From an uncultured Dehalococcoidia bacterium (GTDB lineage: Bacteria; Chloroflexota; Dehalococcoidia; SZUA-161; SpSt-899), in assembly GCA_964548045.1 (NCBI GenBank), contig CAZJQZ010000002.1:1-52063 (forward strand): a stretch of DNA of 52,063 nt. The letters run 5' to 3'. The position numbers and the translations under genes were made by a program. The notes under the pieces are model-generated. The model was not told the origin of the DNA. It worked only from the letters and a program-made list of their open reading frames with translations, and did not search any database. Positions 19,348-29,023 of this stretch are shown piece after piece; within the stretch, counting starts at the first letter, position 1, and each line of letters starts with the position of its first letter.

Positions 19348-20336
19348 TGTGCCCTCATATCAATCAGAACCTTGAGCGCATCAGTCCGGCCAGATCGCTC
19401 AAAGGCAGCGTTTGACTTTTCGATGGGATACCGGGCAGTAATCAATCTTTCGATAGGCATATCAGGAAACGATTGCAACATCCGCAAGCCATCTTTGAAC
19501 TGCCCGCAACGGGAACCGATAACCGTCTGCTCATTTATCACCAGCGACGAAAGGTTAAGTTTGCCATCCGCCGCAACGGTTGATTTCAACACAATGGTTC
19601 CCCTCGGAGCACACAGTTCCATCGCCTGATTGATCCCATCAGCCGATCCGGTAGCCTCAACAACGATATCCGCTCCCGGCTCAATCTTGTTGACATCGCG
19701 GGTCGTTTTCAAATGCCGCCATCCGGCTACTTCGAGTTTTTCAATATGGTGTCCCACCAGGCTCACATCGGAAAGAACGGTGGAAAGAACCCAAGCACAC
19801 AGAATTCCCAGTTTGCCATCTCCAAGAACAATCGCCCGCTTCCATCTCTCTGGTTTGAGTTGTTCCAGTATTTCACATGCCGCTGAAAGCGGCTCGGTGA
19901 AAACCGCCCGCTCATCTGAAATCTCAGGGGGAACTTCCCGCAGGTTGGCAATCGGCAGGATGCAGTAATCGGCCATGCAGCCATCCAGATTCAGAATGCC
20001 CAGTGTACTCCTTTCAGGGCAATGCCGTCCCAAGCCAACATCGCACAGGTCGCACTTGCCGCAAGCAATGTTGATCTCGCCGACCACCCTTTTGCCAACC
20101 CAAGCAGCATCCTCGCAACTCTCAACCGTGCCCACAAACTCATGTCCCAGTATCCCGACGAACCCCATGTAACCTTTCATAATTTCCAGATCGGTCTGGC
20201 AAATACCAGCAAAATGCACCCGAATCCGCGCCCAGTCTGCCGGAACGTCAGGCACCGTATGATCCGGGACAAACTGCAAATCCTCATTAAAAATAACTGC
20301 TCGCATAATCAACCAAACAGCAGAGGCGCATTGCAA
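19344..20336 (-). CDS. Zn-dependent medium-chain alcohol dehydrogenase, substrate unknown
   Basis: Motifs are GHEFVG, the structural Zn cluster [15 protein letters not shown] and the nucleotide motif GDGKLG. The stop forms an ATGA overlap with the mtnA start. An alternative ATG start lies at 20306. Confidence 0.75.
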   Translation of the reverse strand: MQCASAVWLIMRAVIFNEDLQFVPDHTVPDVPADWARIRVHFAGICQTDLEIMKGYMGFVGILGHEFVGTVESCEDAAWVGKRVVGEINIACGKCDLCDVGLGRHCPERSTLGILNLDGCMADYCILPIANLREVPPEISDERAVFTEPLSAACEILEQLKPERWKRAIVLGDGKLGILCAWVLSTVLSDVSLVGHHIEKLEVAGWRHLKTTRDVNKIEPGADIVVEATGSADGINQAMELCAPRGTIVLKSTVAADGKLNLSSLVINEQTVIGSRCGQFKDGLRMLQSFPDMPIERLITARYPIEKSNAAFERSGRTDALKVLIDMRAQ

Positions 20337-20343
20337 AGTGCCC

Positions 20344-21255
20344 CTACCAGCAAACTATTCCTTTGCTCTGCAAGAAAGCTACTGCATTGCGAGCAGCCTG
20401 TGGATCATTCCACTCACCAATTTCGCATACCCGGATTATATTCTCCGGCAAATTACGGGCAATCATATCCCAGTTCAAATCGCCAGTGCCCGGCGCACAA
20501 TGATCCCTGAGGCCCCGGACATCATGCAGGTGAACGCCGATCAGCCGGTCACCAAGAGCCGCAAACCAATCCTCATGCGGCGTAAAGCCGATCCGCGATT
20601 GTATTTCCGCATGGCCTACATCATGCCAGTAACCCACTACTTCCGGCTGGAACTCTTCAAGAATATCCATCATCTCATACAGATTGGGAATCTCATGATA
20701 ATTGACCCGGTTTTCCAGCCCTAACCGGATGCCATTTGAGCGAGCATATCCCGCAAGCTCCAGCAGGCTCTCTTTGGTCAAATCCACATGCGGACATGCC
20801 ATGAACTGGCGGGCTTTTACGAGTACATCCTTCAACTCCTCGAATTCCTGACTGTCCATTCTTTCCTGCTCACAAAGCTTCCGCATGTCCTTTTCTATTT
20901 CCGGATTCATATCGGCATAACCGGCATGCACCACTACCACCTTCGCCCCCACTTCAACGGCCAGATCAATGGTCCGCTTGACACCCTCAATCGCCAGTTT
21001 CCGCACATCCTCATCAAAAGAACTCAATGAAAGAGTACTGGCAAGGCCCTCGGCGGTTTCAACGTTGGGACAGGGAGCATGAACACTGGAAACCTGCAAA
21101 TCGCCGATAGACAAAAGTCCCTTTAATTTTTCCGGCGTGAGGGCAATATTAAATTCCAGATGAGTGAACCCGAATTCGCTCGCGTCCCGAACGAAGTCAG
21201 ACATGTTTTCATAGTTGAGACTCCACATTGAAGAAAGAGATATTTCGGAGTTCAT
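20344..21255 (-). CDS. Xylose-isomerase-like TIM-barrel protein (sugar-phosphate isomerase/epimerase family), function unknown
   Basis: 303 aa with the typical pattern of metal-ligand segments (HLEF, VVVHAG, WHDVGH, HLHD). The start forms an ATGA overlap with the ispG stop. Confidence 0.65.
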   Translation of the reverse strand: MNSEISLSSMWSLNYENMSDFVRDASEFGFTHLEFNIALTPEKLKGLLSIGDLQVSSVHAPCPNVETAEGLASTLSLSSFDEDVRKLAIEGVKRTIDLAVEVGAKVVVVHAGYADMNPEIEKDMRKLCEQERMDSQEFEELKDVLVKARQFMACPHVDLTKESLLELAGYARSNGIRLGLENRVNYHEIPNLYEMMDILEEFQPEVVGYWHDVGHAEIQSRIGFTPHEDWFAALGDRLIGVHLHDVRGLRDHCAPGTGDLNWDMIARNLPENIIRVCEIGEWNDPQAARNAVAFLQSKGIVCW

Positions 21256-22301
21256 AAATTCTCCACTTCAGTCATTAACGCCGTGAAAAAATCAGCTTCA
21301 TCAACAGTTCTCAACTTCTCGCCCTTCTTGAATATTACTCCCTTTCCTTTGCCACATGCCAATCCTACATCAGCGTCTTTCGCTTCACCCGGCCCGTTGA
21401 CCACACAACCCATCACCGCTACCGTGACAGATTTATCCAGTTTTGAAATGCGCTCTTCCACAGCTCTGGCCAGATCGTAAAATCCAATCGCCTCACATCT
21501 CCCACAGGTGGGGCAACTCACCAGCCTCGGGCCATGTTCTCGCAACTCCAGGGGCTTCAGCATATCGTAGGCAGCTTTGATCTCTTCACACGGATCGGAA
21601 GTAGTCAGAGAAACACGAACGCTGTCCCCAATGCCCAGATATAAAAGCGCCCCCAGCCCCACAGCACTTTTTATACTCCCGGAGCCGGGAAGGCCTGCCT
21701 CAGTCACACCGATGTGAAGAGGGTAAGGCATTTTTTCGGCAATGGTTTTATTGGCCTCGATAGTAGCAATCACATCCGACGCCTTGATGGAAACTTCGAT
21801 CAGTTCGAAATCCATACCTTCCAGTAACCGGATTTGCTCCAGGGCAGCCTCCGACATTCTACCGGCAAGATCACTTCCCCCCCGTTCATGAGCCAGACTA
21901 CCGGCATTCACACCTATTCGAAGCGGTATCGATCTCTCCCTGGCGGAGCGCACAATGGCAGCCACGTTTTCTTCACCCTGAATATTCCCCGGATTGAACC
22001 GGACCTGATCTACACCGCTCTCCATCGAAGCAATTGCCAGACGATGATCGAAATGTATATCGGCAATGATGGGCATTGAAGCGTTCCGTTTGATTTCGGC
22101 AAGCGCTTCGGCAGCCTCCGTATCCGGGACGGCAATTCTGACAATCTCACATCCGGCATCGGCCAACCTGGAAATCTGATCGAGCGTAGCCGGTATATTG
22201 CGAGTGTCCGTCTTGGTCATCGACTGGATATTCACCGGAGCTCCGCCACCTACGGTGACATCGCCAACCTGAATTGAACGGGAAACTCTGCGTCGAATCA
22301 T
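21252..22301 (-). CDS. ispG: 4-hydroxy-3-methylbut-2-enyl diphosphate synthase
   Basis: 349 aa with a conserved N-terminal TIM domain and the C-terminal cluster motif CPTCGRC. Confidence 0.92.
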   Translation of the reverse strand: MIRRRVSRSIQVGDVTVGGGAPVNIQSMTKTDTRNIPATLDQISRLADAGCEIVRIAVPDTEAAEALAEIKRNASMPIIADIHFDHRLAIASMESGVDQVRFNPGNIQGEENVAAIVRSARERSIPLRIGVNAGSLAHERGGSDLAGRMSEAALEQIRLLEGMDFELIEVSIKASDVIATIEANKTIAEKMPYPLHIGVTEAGLPGSGSIKSAVGLGALLYLGIGDSVRVSLTTSDPCEEIKAAYDMLKPLELREHGPRLVSCPTCGRCEAIGFYDLARAVEERISKLDKSVTVAVMGCVVNGPGEAKDADVGLACGKGKGVIFKKGEKLRTVDEADFFTALMTEVENL

Positions 22302-22323
22302 TTTATCGCCAAGTTATGAGGAT

Positions 22324-23394
22324 TCACGGGAGAAGGCTCTCCCCGGCAATGATGCGGTCGATATCCTGATAGGTAACAAATAATATGAATGCAATCAGCA
22401 ATGCAAATCCCGCCAGATGGATCATGCCTTCCGTTTTCGGGGAAACCCGCTTTCCCCGGCGTACAATCTCAATGAGAACGAATACGATCCTCCCGCCATC
22501 GAGCGCAGGGATCGGTAAAAGGTTAACTATCCCCAAGTTAAAGCTGAGCACTCCGGCCCAGAAAAACAAATCCTCCCACGTTCCCCGTTCGGCGATCTCC
22601 ACGGTGACATCCCCGGCCGCCACCGGCCCGCCAAGTTCAAATGGTATTTCCCGCGTGACGAGTGCCCAGATACCATCCTTCATGGCAACGATCATATCCC
22701 AGTTTGTCTGGCTGCCCTTTGCTATCGCCGTCCAGGGCGGATACCATTTGTTCTCCCGAATTAACCGGGCATGGGTAATAACAACTCCCAGCGGTCCTTG
22801 ATCCTTCGGGTATTGCTCGCGGGGGACCAACTCAAAACTGAGCTCCTCTTCCGCGCGAAGTACAACAACAGTTATTTCATCGCCCAGATTTTCGTTTACT
22901 ACATCACCCAGGTCATCTCTGTTAACTATATCAACATCGTCAATTCGAATTATTTCATCGCCATCTTGAATGCCGACAACATAAGCCGGGGTGTCTTCTT
23001 CCACTCTAACGACTTCAATACCTTCATAACCCACCACCTCATCATGTGGAATCATGTACACAAAGATGAAAAGAAGCAACGGAAAAATCAACATCACCAA
23101 AGAGCCGGCACTCAAGACCAGCAATCGGCTCCACGGGTCTTTACTGGCCAGACTCCCTTCTTCCGAAGGGTCCTCTTCGCCCAGCATTTTGCAGAATCCA
23201 CCAAGGGGAATCCAATTGATAGAGTACAGCGTTTCGCCATGCTGTTTACCCCAGATACGCGGGGGCAATCCCAGCCCAAATTCCAGCACCTTCACACCAC
23301 GCCACTTGGCAGTGACGAAGTGCCCCATCTCGTGAATGAATACGAGGAAAAAGAGACTAACCACAAACCACAGTATCGCCCAGCCGGCAGTCAT
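22324..23394 (-). CDS. rseP: Site-2 (M50) membrane metalloprotease RseP with a PDZ domain
   Basis: HEMGHF (HExxH) and LLPIPALDGG motifs. The start at 23394 gives an ATGA overlap with the dxr stop. The track ORF extends to 23430. Confidence 0.85.
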   Translation of the reverse strand: MTAGWAILWFVVSLFFLVFIHEMGHFVTAKWRGVKVLEFGLGLPPRIWGKQHGETLYSINWIPLGGFCKMLGEEDPSEEGSLASKDPWSRLLVLSAGSLVMLIFPLLLFIFVYMIPHDEVVGYEGIEVVRVEEDTPAYVVGIQDGDEIIRIDDVDIVNRDDLGDVVNENLGDEITVVVLRAEEELSFELVPREQYPKDQGPLGVVITHARLIRENKWYPPWTAIAKGSQTNWDMIVAMKDGIWALVTREIPFELGGPVAAGDVTVEIAERGTWEDLFFWAGVLSFNLGIVNLLPIPALDGGRIVFVLIEIVRRGKRVSPKTEGMIHLAGFALLIAFILFVTYQDIDRIIAGESLLP

Positions 23395-24512
23395 GATGCA
23401 CACCACCCGCGCGCCGTTTCTCTGGCCCATGAATCAGCGGCCAGAATATCTTCAATAGAAGGATTTTCGATCTTGGTATGTCGGCCTAAAGTATCTTCCA
23501 GCAATCCAGGAATATCAAGGAATCCGATTTGGCCATTGAGGAAACGATCCACCGCCACTTCATCGGCAACGCTTAATATCGCCGGAAGGGTTCCTCCCGC
23601 TTCTCCGGCTTCGAAGGCAAGCCGCAGGCAGGGATACCTGCTGAAATCGATAGGTGCCAGTTTGAGTGATTCGATCTCATCGAAATCCAGTTTGGGAAGT
23701 TCCGGATTGCCCCATCTTTCGGGATGCGAAATGGCATACTGAATCGGAAGGCGCATATCAGGGACACCAAGCTGCGCTTTAACCGAACCGTCGGTAAATT
23801 CAACCATCGAATGAATTATGCTGCCCGAATGAATCATTACTTTGATTCTATCGAATGGGACATCGAAAAGCCAGTGCGCTTCGATGACTTCCATTCCCTT
23901 GTTCATCAGATTGGCGGAATCGATAGTAACCTTTTTGCCCATCGTCCAGGTCGGGTGCCGCAAAGCTTCCTCGGCCGTGACGTTACCCATATCTTCCATC
24001 GCCCGATCACGAAAAGCCCCGCCGGACGCCGTAAGGATGATCTGCTCAATTTCGCTCCGGCCCTCTCCCTGCAGGCACTGCCAGATAGCGCTGTGTTCGC
24101 TATCAACCGGTTTGATCTCCACCCCAAACTTGTGAGCTTCGGCCATCACGATGGCGCCAGCCATTACCAGAACCTCTTTATTTGCCAGTGCTACGGTCTT
24201 CCCGGAACGAATCGCCGCCAACGTGGGCTCCAATCCCGCCGCACCCGAAGTGGCCACCACTACCAGATCAACCTCGGGATGGCTGGCTATTTCATGCAGT
24301 GGCAAATCATGAATTGTCCCTGCGCAGGAAATCATCTGAGGATGGAATTCGTCAGCCTGCCGTTGCAGCAGGTTAACATTGCTCCCGGCTGCCAGAGCCA
24401 ACACATCAAGCCTTTCCGGGAATGCACGAGCTATCTGGAGAGTCTGTTGACCGATAGAACCAGTCGAACCCAGAACCGCAATTCTCTTCTTCACACCAGC
24501 CATATTACCCAA
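23391..24512 (-). CDS. dxr: 1-deoxy-D-xylulose-5-phosphate reductoisomerase
   Basis: 373 aa with VLGSTGSIG, LANKE and DSEHSAIWQC motifs. Confidence 0.92.
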   Translation of the reverse strand: MGNMAGVKKRIAVLGSTGSIGQQTLQIARAFPERLDVLALAAGSNVNLLQRQADEFHPQMISCAGTIHDLPLHEIASHPEVDLVVVATSGAAGLEPTLAAIRSGKTVALANKEVLVMAGAIVMAEAHKFGVEIKPVDSEHSAIWQCLQGEGRSEIEQIILTASGGAFRDRAMEDMGNVTAEEALRHPTWTMGKKVTIDSANLMNKGMEVIEAHWLFDVPFDRIKVMIHSGSIIHSMVEFTDGSVKAQLGVPDMRLPIQYAISHPERWGNPELPKLDFDEIESLKLAPIDFSRYPCLRLAFEAGEAGGTLPAILSVADEVAVDRFLNGQIGFLDIPGLLEDTLGRHTKIENPSIEDILAADSWARETARGWCAS

Positions 24513-25285
24513 TAGTATACCAGAACTATCACAAATATGAGGCTATCGAGCCGATCGAGTGCGCCACCGTGTCCCGGAATAACGCTTCCCGCCTCTTTTA
24601 TCTCAGCGCTCCGCTTGATGGTTGATTCGGCCAGGTCACCCAGTTGAGCAAAGATACCGATAAGAAATCCCAGTGGAATTATCAGGTGATATCCAACATC
24701 GTCCAGTTCAGTCACAATTGCAACCGCTACCGTCGCCACAATCGCACCAATCAGTCCCCCGGCAGCCCCTTCCCAGGTTTTGCCCGGACTTACCATCGGC
24801 GCCATGCGATGTTTGCCAAAGGCTCGGCCCACAAAATAAGCACTCGTATCACAGGCAAAAGTGGTTAAAAGTGCCAGAAAAACCCAGTCACGTCCCTCAT
24901 CCAGTTCCCTCAGAAAGACGAAATGGCTCATCATCCACCCGATATATAAAACCCCTCCAATCGTCCATGTCCAGTTCATCAGGGCGTTTCTTTTGGTTGG
25001 ATAAAGCAGGCATCGGATCAACGGCAGCACCACTACCCCGGTTATGAGAAGCGAAGTGGTCCGTTCGTCATCGGAATGAGCATCGAGAACAAAAAGCAGG
25101 GTTAAAAGTGTGCCGAGAAACAGGAAGGGACGCCAGCCAGCTATGCTGGCCAGCCGATAAAACTCAATGATACCCAGAAAAACAAAAACAGCTACCGCGA
25201 TGGAAAACCAGGGTTCTCCAAACCAGACAGCAGCTCCGATGATGGGCAGAAGAAACAGCGCGCTGATGACCCTTTGCCAGAGCAT
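24491..25285 (-). CDS. cdsA: Phosphatidate cytidylyltransferase
   Basis: 264-aa polytopic protein with the CDS signature STIKRSAEIKEAGSVIPGHGGALDRLDS. Confidence 0.88.
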   Translation of the reverse strand: MLWQRVISALFLLPIIGAAVWFGEPWFSIAVAVFVFLGIIEFYRLASIAGWRPFLFLGTLLTLLFVLDAHSDDERTTSLLITGVVVLPLIRCLLYPTKRNALMNWTWTIGGVLYIGWMMSHFVFLRELDEGRDWVFLALLTTFACDTSAYFVGRAFGKHRMAPMVSPGKTWEGAAGGLIGAIVATVAVAIVTELDDVGYHLIIPLGFLIGIFAQLGDLAESTIKRSAEIKEAGSVIPGHGGALDRLDSLIFVIVLVYYWVIWLV

Positions 25286-25319
25286 ACCTCAACTCAGGAT
25301 CTCTTGAGGCAGGGCCTCA

Positions 25320-26060
25320 TCAGTCCCCTCTCCTTCTCCCGTTTGACGTAAGCCCTCCAAAACGTCTCTCACGCTGACTGTATGCATTCAAAGCCTTCAG
25401 CACTTCCTCTTCATCGAAGTCAGGCCAGAAAATGGAAGTAGCGTAGTATTCACTATAGGCAGACTGCCAGATAAGAAAATTGGAAAGGCGCATCTCATCG
25501 GCAGTGCGAATGACCAGATCGGGATCGGGGGTTCCGTTGGTATAAAGATAACGAGTAAAGATATCCTCGTCAATCTCTTCCGGAGGCAGGCCCTCCCTAA
25601 CAATTCGCTGAACTGCCTGCAAAATATCGGCCCGACCGCCATAATTAAAGGCTATGTTAAGCGTCATTTGCGTATTATTCTTTGTTAAATCGATGGCCCA
25701 CTTGACCTTTGACTGAAGCTCCTCCGATAACCCTTCGAGGTGCCCCAGATGGCAGAGCCTGATACCTTCTTTGTGCAAGTTTTCCGTCTCACGGTCGATC
25801 ACATCGGCCAGTATCCGAAAAAGGCCCTGAATCTCTCCTGCGGGACGGTTCCAGTTTTCGGTGGAAAAAGCATACAGGGTGAGATATTTTACGCCATAAT
25901 TGCCGAACGTCCGGATAATGCGGCGTATGTTCTCAGTGCCCGCCCGATGGCCCTCCATTCGAGTAAGCCCCCGGCTTTCAGCCCAACGACCATTGCCATC
26001 CATAATAATGGCTACGTGAGTAGGAACCGGAATAATTTCCGTGGCGGGCACTTCATCCAT
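25320..26060 (-). CDS. uppS: Isoprenyl (undecaprenyl) diphosphate synthase
   Basis: 246 aa with VAIIMDGNGRWA and the RLSNFLIWQSAYSE motifs of cis-prenyltransferases. Confidence 0.9.
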   Translation of the reverse strand: MDEVPATEIIPVPTHVAIIMDGNGRWAESRGLTRMEGHRAGTENIRRIIRTFGNYGVKYLTLYAFSTENWNRPAGEIQGLFRILADVIDRETENLHKEGIRLCHLGHLEGLSEELQSKVKWAIDLTKNNTQMTLNIAFNYGGRADILQAVQRIVREGLPPEEIDEDIFTRYLYTNGTPDPDLVIRTADEMRLSNFLIWQSAYSEYYATSIFWPDFDEEEVLKALNAYSQRERRFGGLTSNGRRRGD

Positions 26061-26063
26061 ATG

Positions 26064-27200
26064 CTACAAGCCCAGTTCTCTGGCGATGATTAATTGTTGA
26101 ATTTCAGTGCTTCCTTCGGTGGTATGGAAAAGTATGACATCGCGGTAATAACGCTGAATCACTGACTCCACCAGATAACCGGCACCCGCATGAATCCGCA
26201 TAGCCTCTTCAGCCATTTTTATAGCCATTTCCGAGGAGTACATTTTGGTCATGGCAGATTCTTTGCGACACTCATCACCCTGGTCATAAAGCCAAGCAAT
26301 TCGGTAGAGAAGCCATCTGGCTGCCTCTAAATCCACATTCATTTTAGCCAGCTTGAAGGCGATGGCCTGATTCTTTCCAATCGGTTTACCGAATTGAATC
26401 CTTTCCTTTGCATAATTAAGCGACGCATCATAAGCCGCTTGACCTACTCCCACGCTCCGGGCGCTATGTGAAATTCTGGCCCCATTCAGGGATTCCATCA
26501 TATATTTGAAGCCGCGCCCTTCCTCACCAATCAAATTATCAGCAGTTACCCGGCAATCATCAAATGCGAGATCTCCAGTAGCCGTCGAGTGATTCCCCAG
26601 TTTCCTCATCTTATTACTGGTAAACCCAGGCGTCCCGGCATCCACGATAATGGTGCTTATTCCCCTGCTGCCTTTACTCTTGTCGGTTACGACCGCCAGG
26701 GTAATGAAATCGCATATCTGCCCATTGGTAATATAGATTTTGTTACCATTTATGATAAACTGATCCCCGTCCCTCGCAGCCTTGCTGTCAAGATTCGCAG
26801 CATCTGAACCGGCGTTAGGCTCCGTCAGGCCATAAGCAGCGATCTTCTCCCCTTTACACGCCGGTACCAGATACTTTTGTTTCTGTTCTTCGGTACCATG
26901 AGTCGCCACGACATGAGTAGCAAGGCCTCCATTGACCATTATTGAGGAGCAAATGCCTGAGGAAACTTTTCCCAGTTCCTCATAAAGAATGCACTCACCG
27001 GTTTTGCCCAATCCACCCCCACCATACTCTTCCGGATAGGCAGGGCAAAGATAGCCAAGCTCTCCCAGCTTGGTGAATAACTCCATAGGGGTCTCTTCTT
27101 TTTCTTCAGCCTCATCTACGATGGGAGCTACTTCCCGAGTAGCAAAATCCCTGGCGGCATTTTGAAACAGTTGCTGTACTTCATCAAACGCAAAATCCAT
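26064..27200 (-). CDS. Acyl-CoA dehydrogenase
   Basis: 378 aa with ACAD family segments (AYGLTEPNAGSD, and a C-terminal GTxEIQ-like segment TTEGSTEIQQLIIAREL). Confidence 0.88.
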   Translation of the reverse strand: MDFAFDEVQQLFQNAARDFATREVAPIVDEAEEKEETPMELFTKLGELGYLCPAYPEEYGGGGLGKTGECILYEELGKVSSGICSSIMVNGGLATHVVATHGTEEQKQKYLVPACKGEKIAAYGLTEPNAGSDAANLDSKAARDGDQFIINGNKIYITNGQICDFITLAVVTDKSKGSRGISTIIVDAGTPGFTSNKMRKLGNHSTATGDLAFDDCRVTADNLIGEEGRGFKYMMESLNGARISHSARSVGVGQAAYDASLNYAKERIQFGKPIGKNQAIAFKLAKMNVDLEAARWLLYRIAWLYDQGDECRKESAMTKMYSSEMAIKMAEEAMRIHAGAGYLVESVIQRYYRDVILFHTTEGSTEIQQLIIARELGL

Positions 27201-27217
27201 TTACTTTCTCCCTTAAA

Positions 27218-27775
27218 CTATTCCTCCATAACTTCCTGTTCTTTATTCGTCCCCACCTCATCAACGCTCCCGATAAACTTATCGGTAATCTCCTGAAGCT
27301 GCTTTTCGGCCCGCTTCTCATCATCCTCAGATATCTCTTTGTCTTTTTTCATCTCCCGCAATTTTTCCAGAGCACCGCGCCTTATGTTCCGCACGGAGAT
27401 GCGGCCATCCTCGACCTTCCTCTTTACCACCTTCACCAGATCCTTCCGCCGCTCCTCGGTAAGCTCAGGGATTTGCAGCCTGATCACGTTGCCCTGCGTG
27501 GAAGGATTCAGCCCCAGATCGGATTTGAGAATAGCTTTTTCAATAGTCGGCACAACCGATTTATCCCAGGGCTGAATGACAATCATCCTAGCCTCAGGAA
27601 CAGAAATGCTGGCAACCTGGCTTAACGGAGTGGGAGCGCCATAGTAATCCACTTTAACATGATCCACCAGTCTGGCACTGGCCCGACCGGTCCGCACTCC
27701 AGACAGATCTTTCTCCAGCGCATCCACAGCCTTGCCCATCTTGCCTTCGGTATCCTTCAAAATATCATCTATCAT
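27218..27775 (-). CDS. frr: Ribosome recycling factor
   Basis: The Frr core starts at MIDDILKDTEGKM and is preceded by GGGAGGAAG. The longer track ORF (to 27823) would overlap pyrH. Confidence 0.9.
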   Translation of the reverse strand: MIDDILKDTEGKMGKAVDALEKDLSGVRTGRASARLVDHVKVDYYGAPTPLSQVASISVPEARMIVIQPWDKSVVPTIEKAILKSDLGLNPSTQGNVIRLQIPELTEERRKDLVKVVKRKVEDGRISVRNIRRGALEKLREMKKDKEISEDDEKRAEKQLQEITDKFIGSVDEVGTNKEQEVMEE

Positions 27776-27785
27776 TTCTTCCTCC

Positions 27786-28505
27786 CTAGCTCGATACCAA
27801 CGTACCGACGTTCTCCCCGGCAACTGCTTTTTCGATACTTTGAGGAGCCTGAAGATTGAAAACTAGAACCGGAAGGTGATTATCCATACAGAGGGTGAGA
27901 GCAGTTGAATCCATTACATCCAGCCGCTTGTTCAATGCATCCAGGTAATTAAGACGATCGAACTTCCTGGCATCCTTATTGGTTCGAGGGTCGGAATCAT
28001 AGACCCCATCAACGTTGTTTTTCGCCATCAGCAGAATTTCAGCATCGATATCCACTGCCCGGAGAGCAGCAGCAGTATCGGTGGTCATATATGGATTCCC
28101 CGTTCCGGCTGCAAAAATAACCACCCGACCTTTTTCTAGATGCCTGATGGCCCTTCTTCTAATGTAATGCTCAGCCAGCGACTGCATGGAAATAGCGGTT
28201 TGCGTTCGTGTGATGAGGCCCTGTTTTTCGAGAGCATCCTGAAGAGCAAGGGCATTGATCACTGTGGCCAGCATCCCCGCATAATCAGCCGTGGAACGAT
28301 CCATTCCCTGAGATTCCGCCACACTCCCCCTCCAGATGTTCCCCCCACCAACCACAATAGCCACCTCCACCCCCGCACCGACAATTTGATTAAGCTGTTC
28401 GGAGATGCCCTTCAACACACCAGTGTCGATGCCGTATTTCCCTTCCCCCATCAAAGCCTCTCCGCTAACCTTGAGCAGAACACGCTTGTATCTGGGTTCG
28501 TCCAT
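27786..28505 (-). CDS. pyrH: UMP kinase
   Basis: 239 aa with [13 protein letters not shown] and [10 protein letters not shown]. Confidence 0.92.
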   Translation of the reverse strand: MDEPRYKRVLLKVSGEALMGEGKYGIDTGVLKGISEQLNQIVGAGVEVAIVVGGGNIWRGSVAESQGMDRSTADYAGMLATVINALALQDALEKQGLITRTQTAISMQSLAEHYIRRRAIRHLEKGRVVIFAAGTGNPYMTTDTAAALRAVDIDAEILLMAKNNVDGVYDSDPRTNKDARKFDRLNYLDALNKRLDVMDSTALTLCMDNHLPVLVFNLQAPQSIEKAVAGENVGTLVSS

Positions 28506-28507
28506 CC

Positions 28508-29005
28508 TTATACACCTATTTCAAATCGGGAAAATCTGGAAATTCCGATATTCTCGCCAACCTTGCCTACCACTTCAACTATGATATCCTGCACGCTTTT
28601 CTGGGGATCTTTTATGAACGGCTGACTCAGCAGGCAAACTTCCTCAAGGTTTTCATCCGGGGAAGCCTCTTCTGCCGTAAGATAAACAGGAGTAGTAGCT
28701 GCCACCTGCATGGCTATATCGTGAGCCAGCGTCTTAAAATCATCGGTTCTGGCCACAAAATCGGTCTCGCAATTTATTTCGACCATCGCCCCGATGCGCC
28801 CCCCGGCATGCATATAAGCTTCCACCAGTCCGCTCCCAAGAGCACGTGTGCTTTTTTTCTGAGCGATTGCAAACCCACGCTCTTTAAGCGTTTTTATGGC
28901 AGCATCGAAATCGCCATTGGCTCCCACCAGAGCCTTTTTACAATCCATCAACCCGACACCCGTCTTCTCTCTCAAATCTTTAATCTGGTCTACTGTGACC
29001 TGCAT
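28508..29005 (-). CDS. tsf: Elongation factor Ts (short form)
   Basis: 165 aa with the N-terminal UBA-like [19 protein letters not shown]. It has a clean start and stop and sits in the conserved position after rpsB. Confidence 0.85.
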   Translation of the reverse strand: MQVTVDQIKDLREKTGVGLMDCKKALVGANGDFDAAIKTLKERGFAIAQKKSTRALGSGLVEAYMHAGGRIGAMVEINCETDFVARTDDFKTLAHDIAMQVAATTPVYLTAEEASPDENLEEVCLLSQPFIKDPQKSVQDIIVEVVGKVGENIGISRFSRFEIGV

Positions 29006-29023
29006 CGTTATTATTGCCCCTTT

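Noticed and set aside
22771-23742. Long antisense or overlapping ORFs in the track. Examples are 22771-23742 (+), 23724-24515 (+), 29162-29932 (+), 35388-36107 (+), 10721-11404 (+), 13089-13667 (+), 18274-18918 (+), 45586-46245 (-), 49455-50060 (-) and 4655-5197 (-).
   Set aside because: Each lies opposite a gene with clear family motifs and has low-complexity or Ser/Pro/Arg-rich composition typical of shadow frames. None has a recognisable domain or its own SD.
28508-29005. The 165-aa EF-Ts as a truncated pseudogene.
   Set aside because: The start and stop are clean, the spacing to rpsB and pyrH is tight, and the N-terminal UBA-like and core segments are intact. Short EF-Ts forms exist in some lineages.
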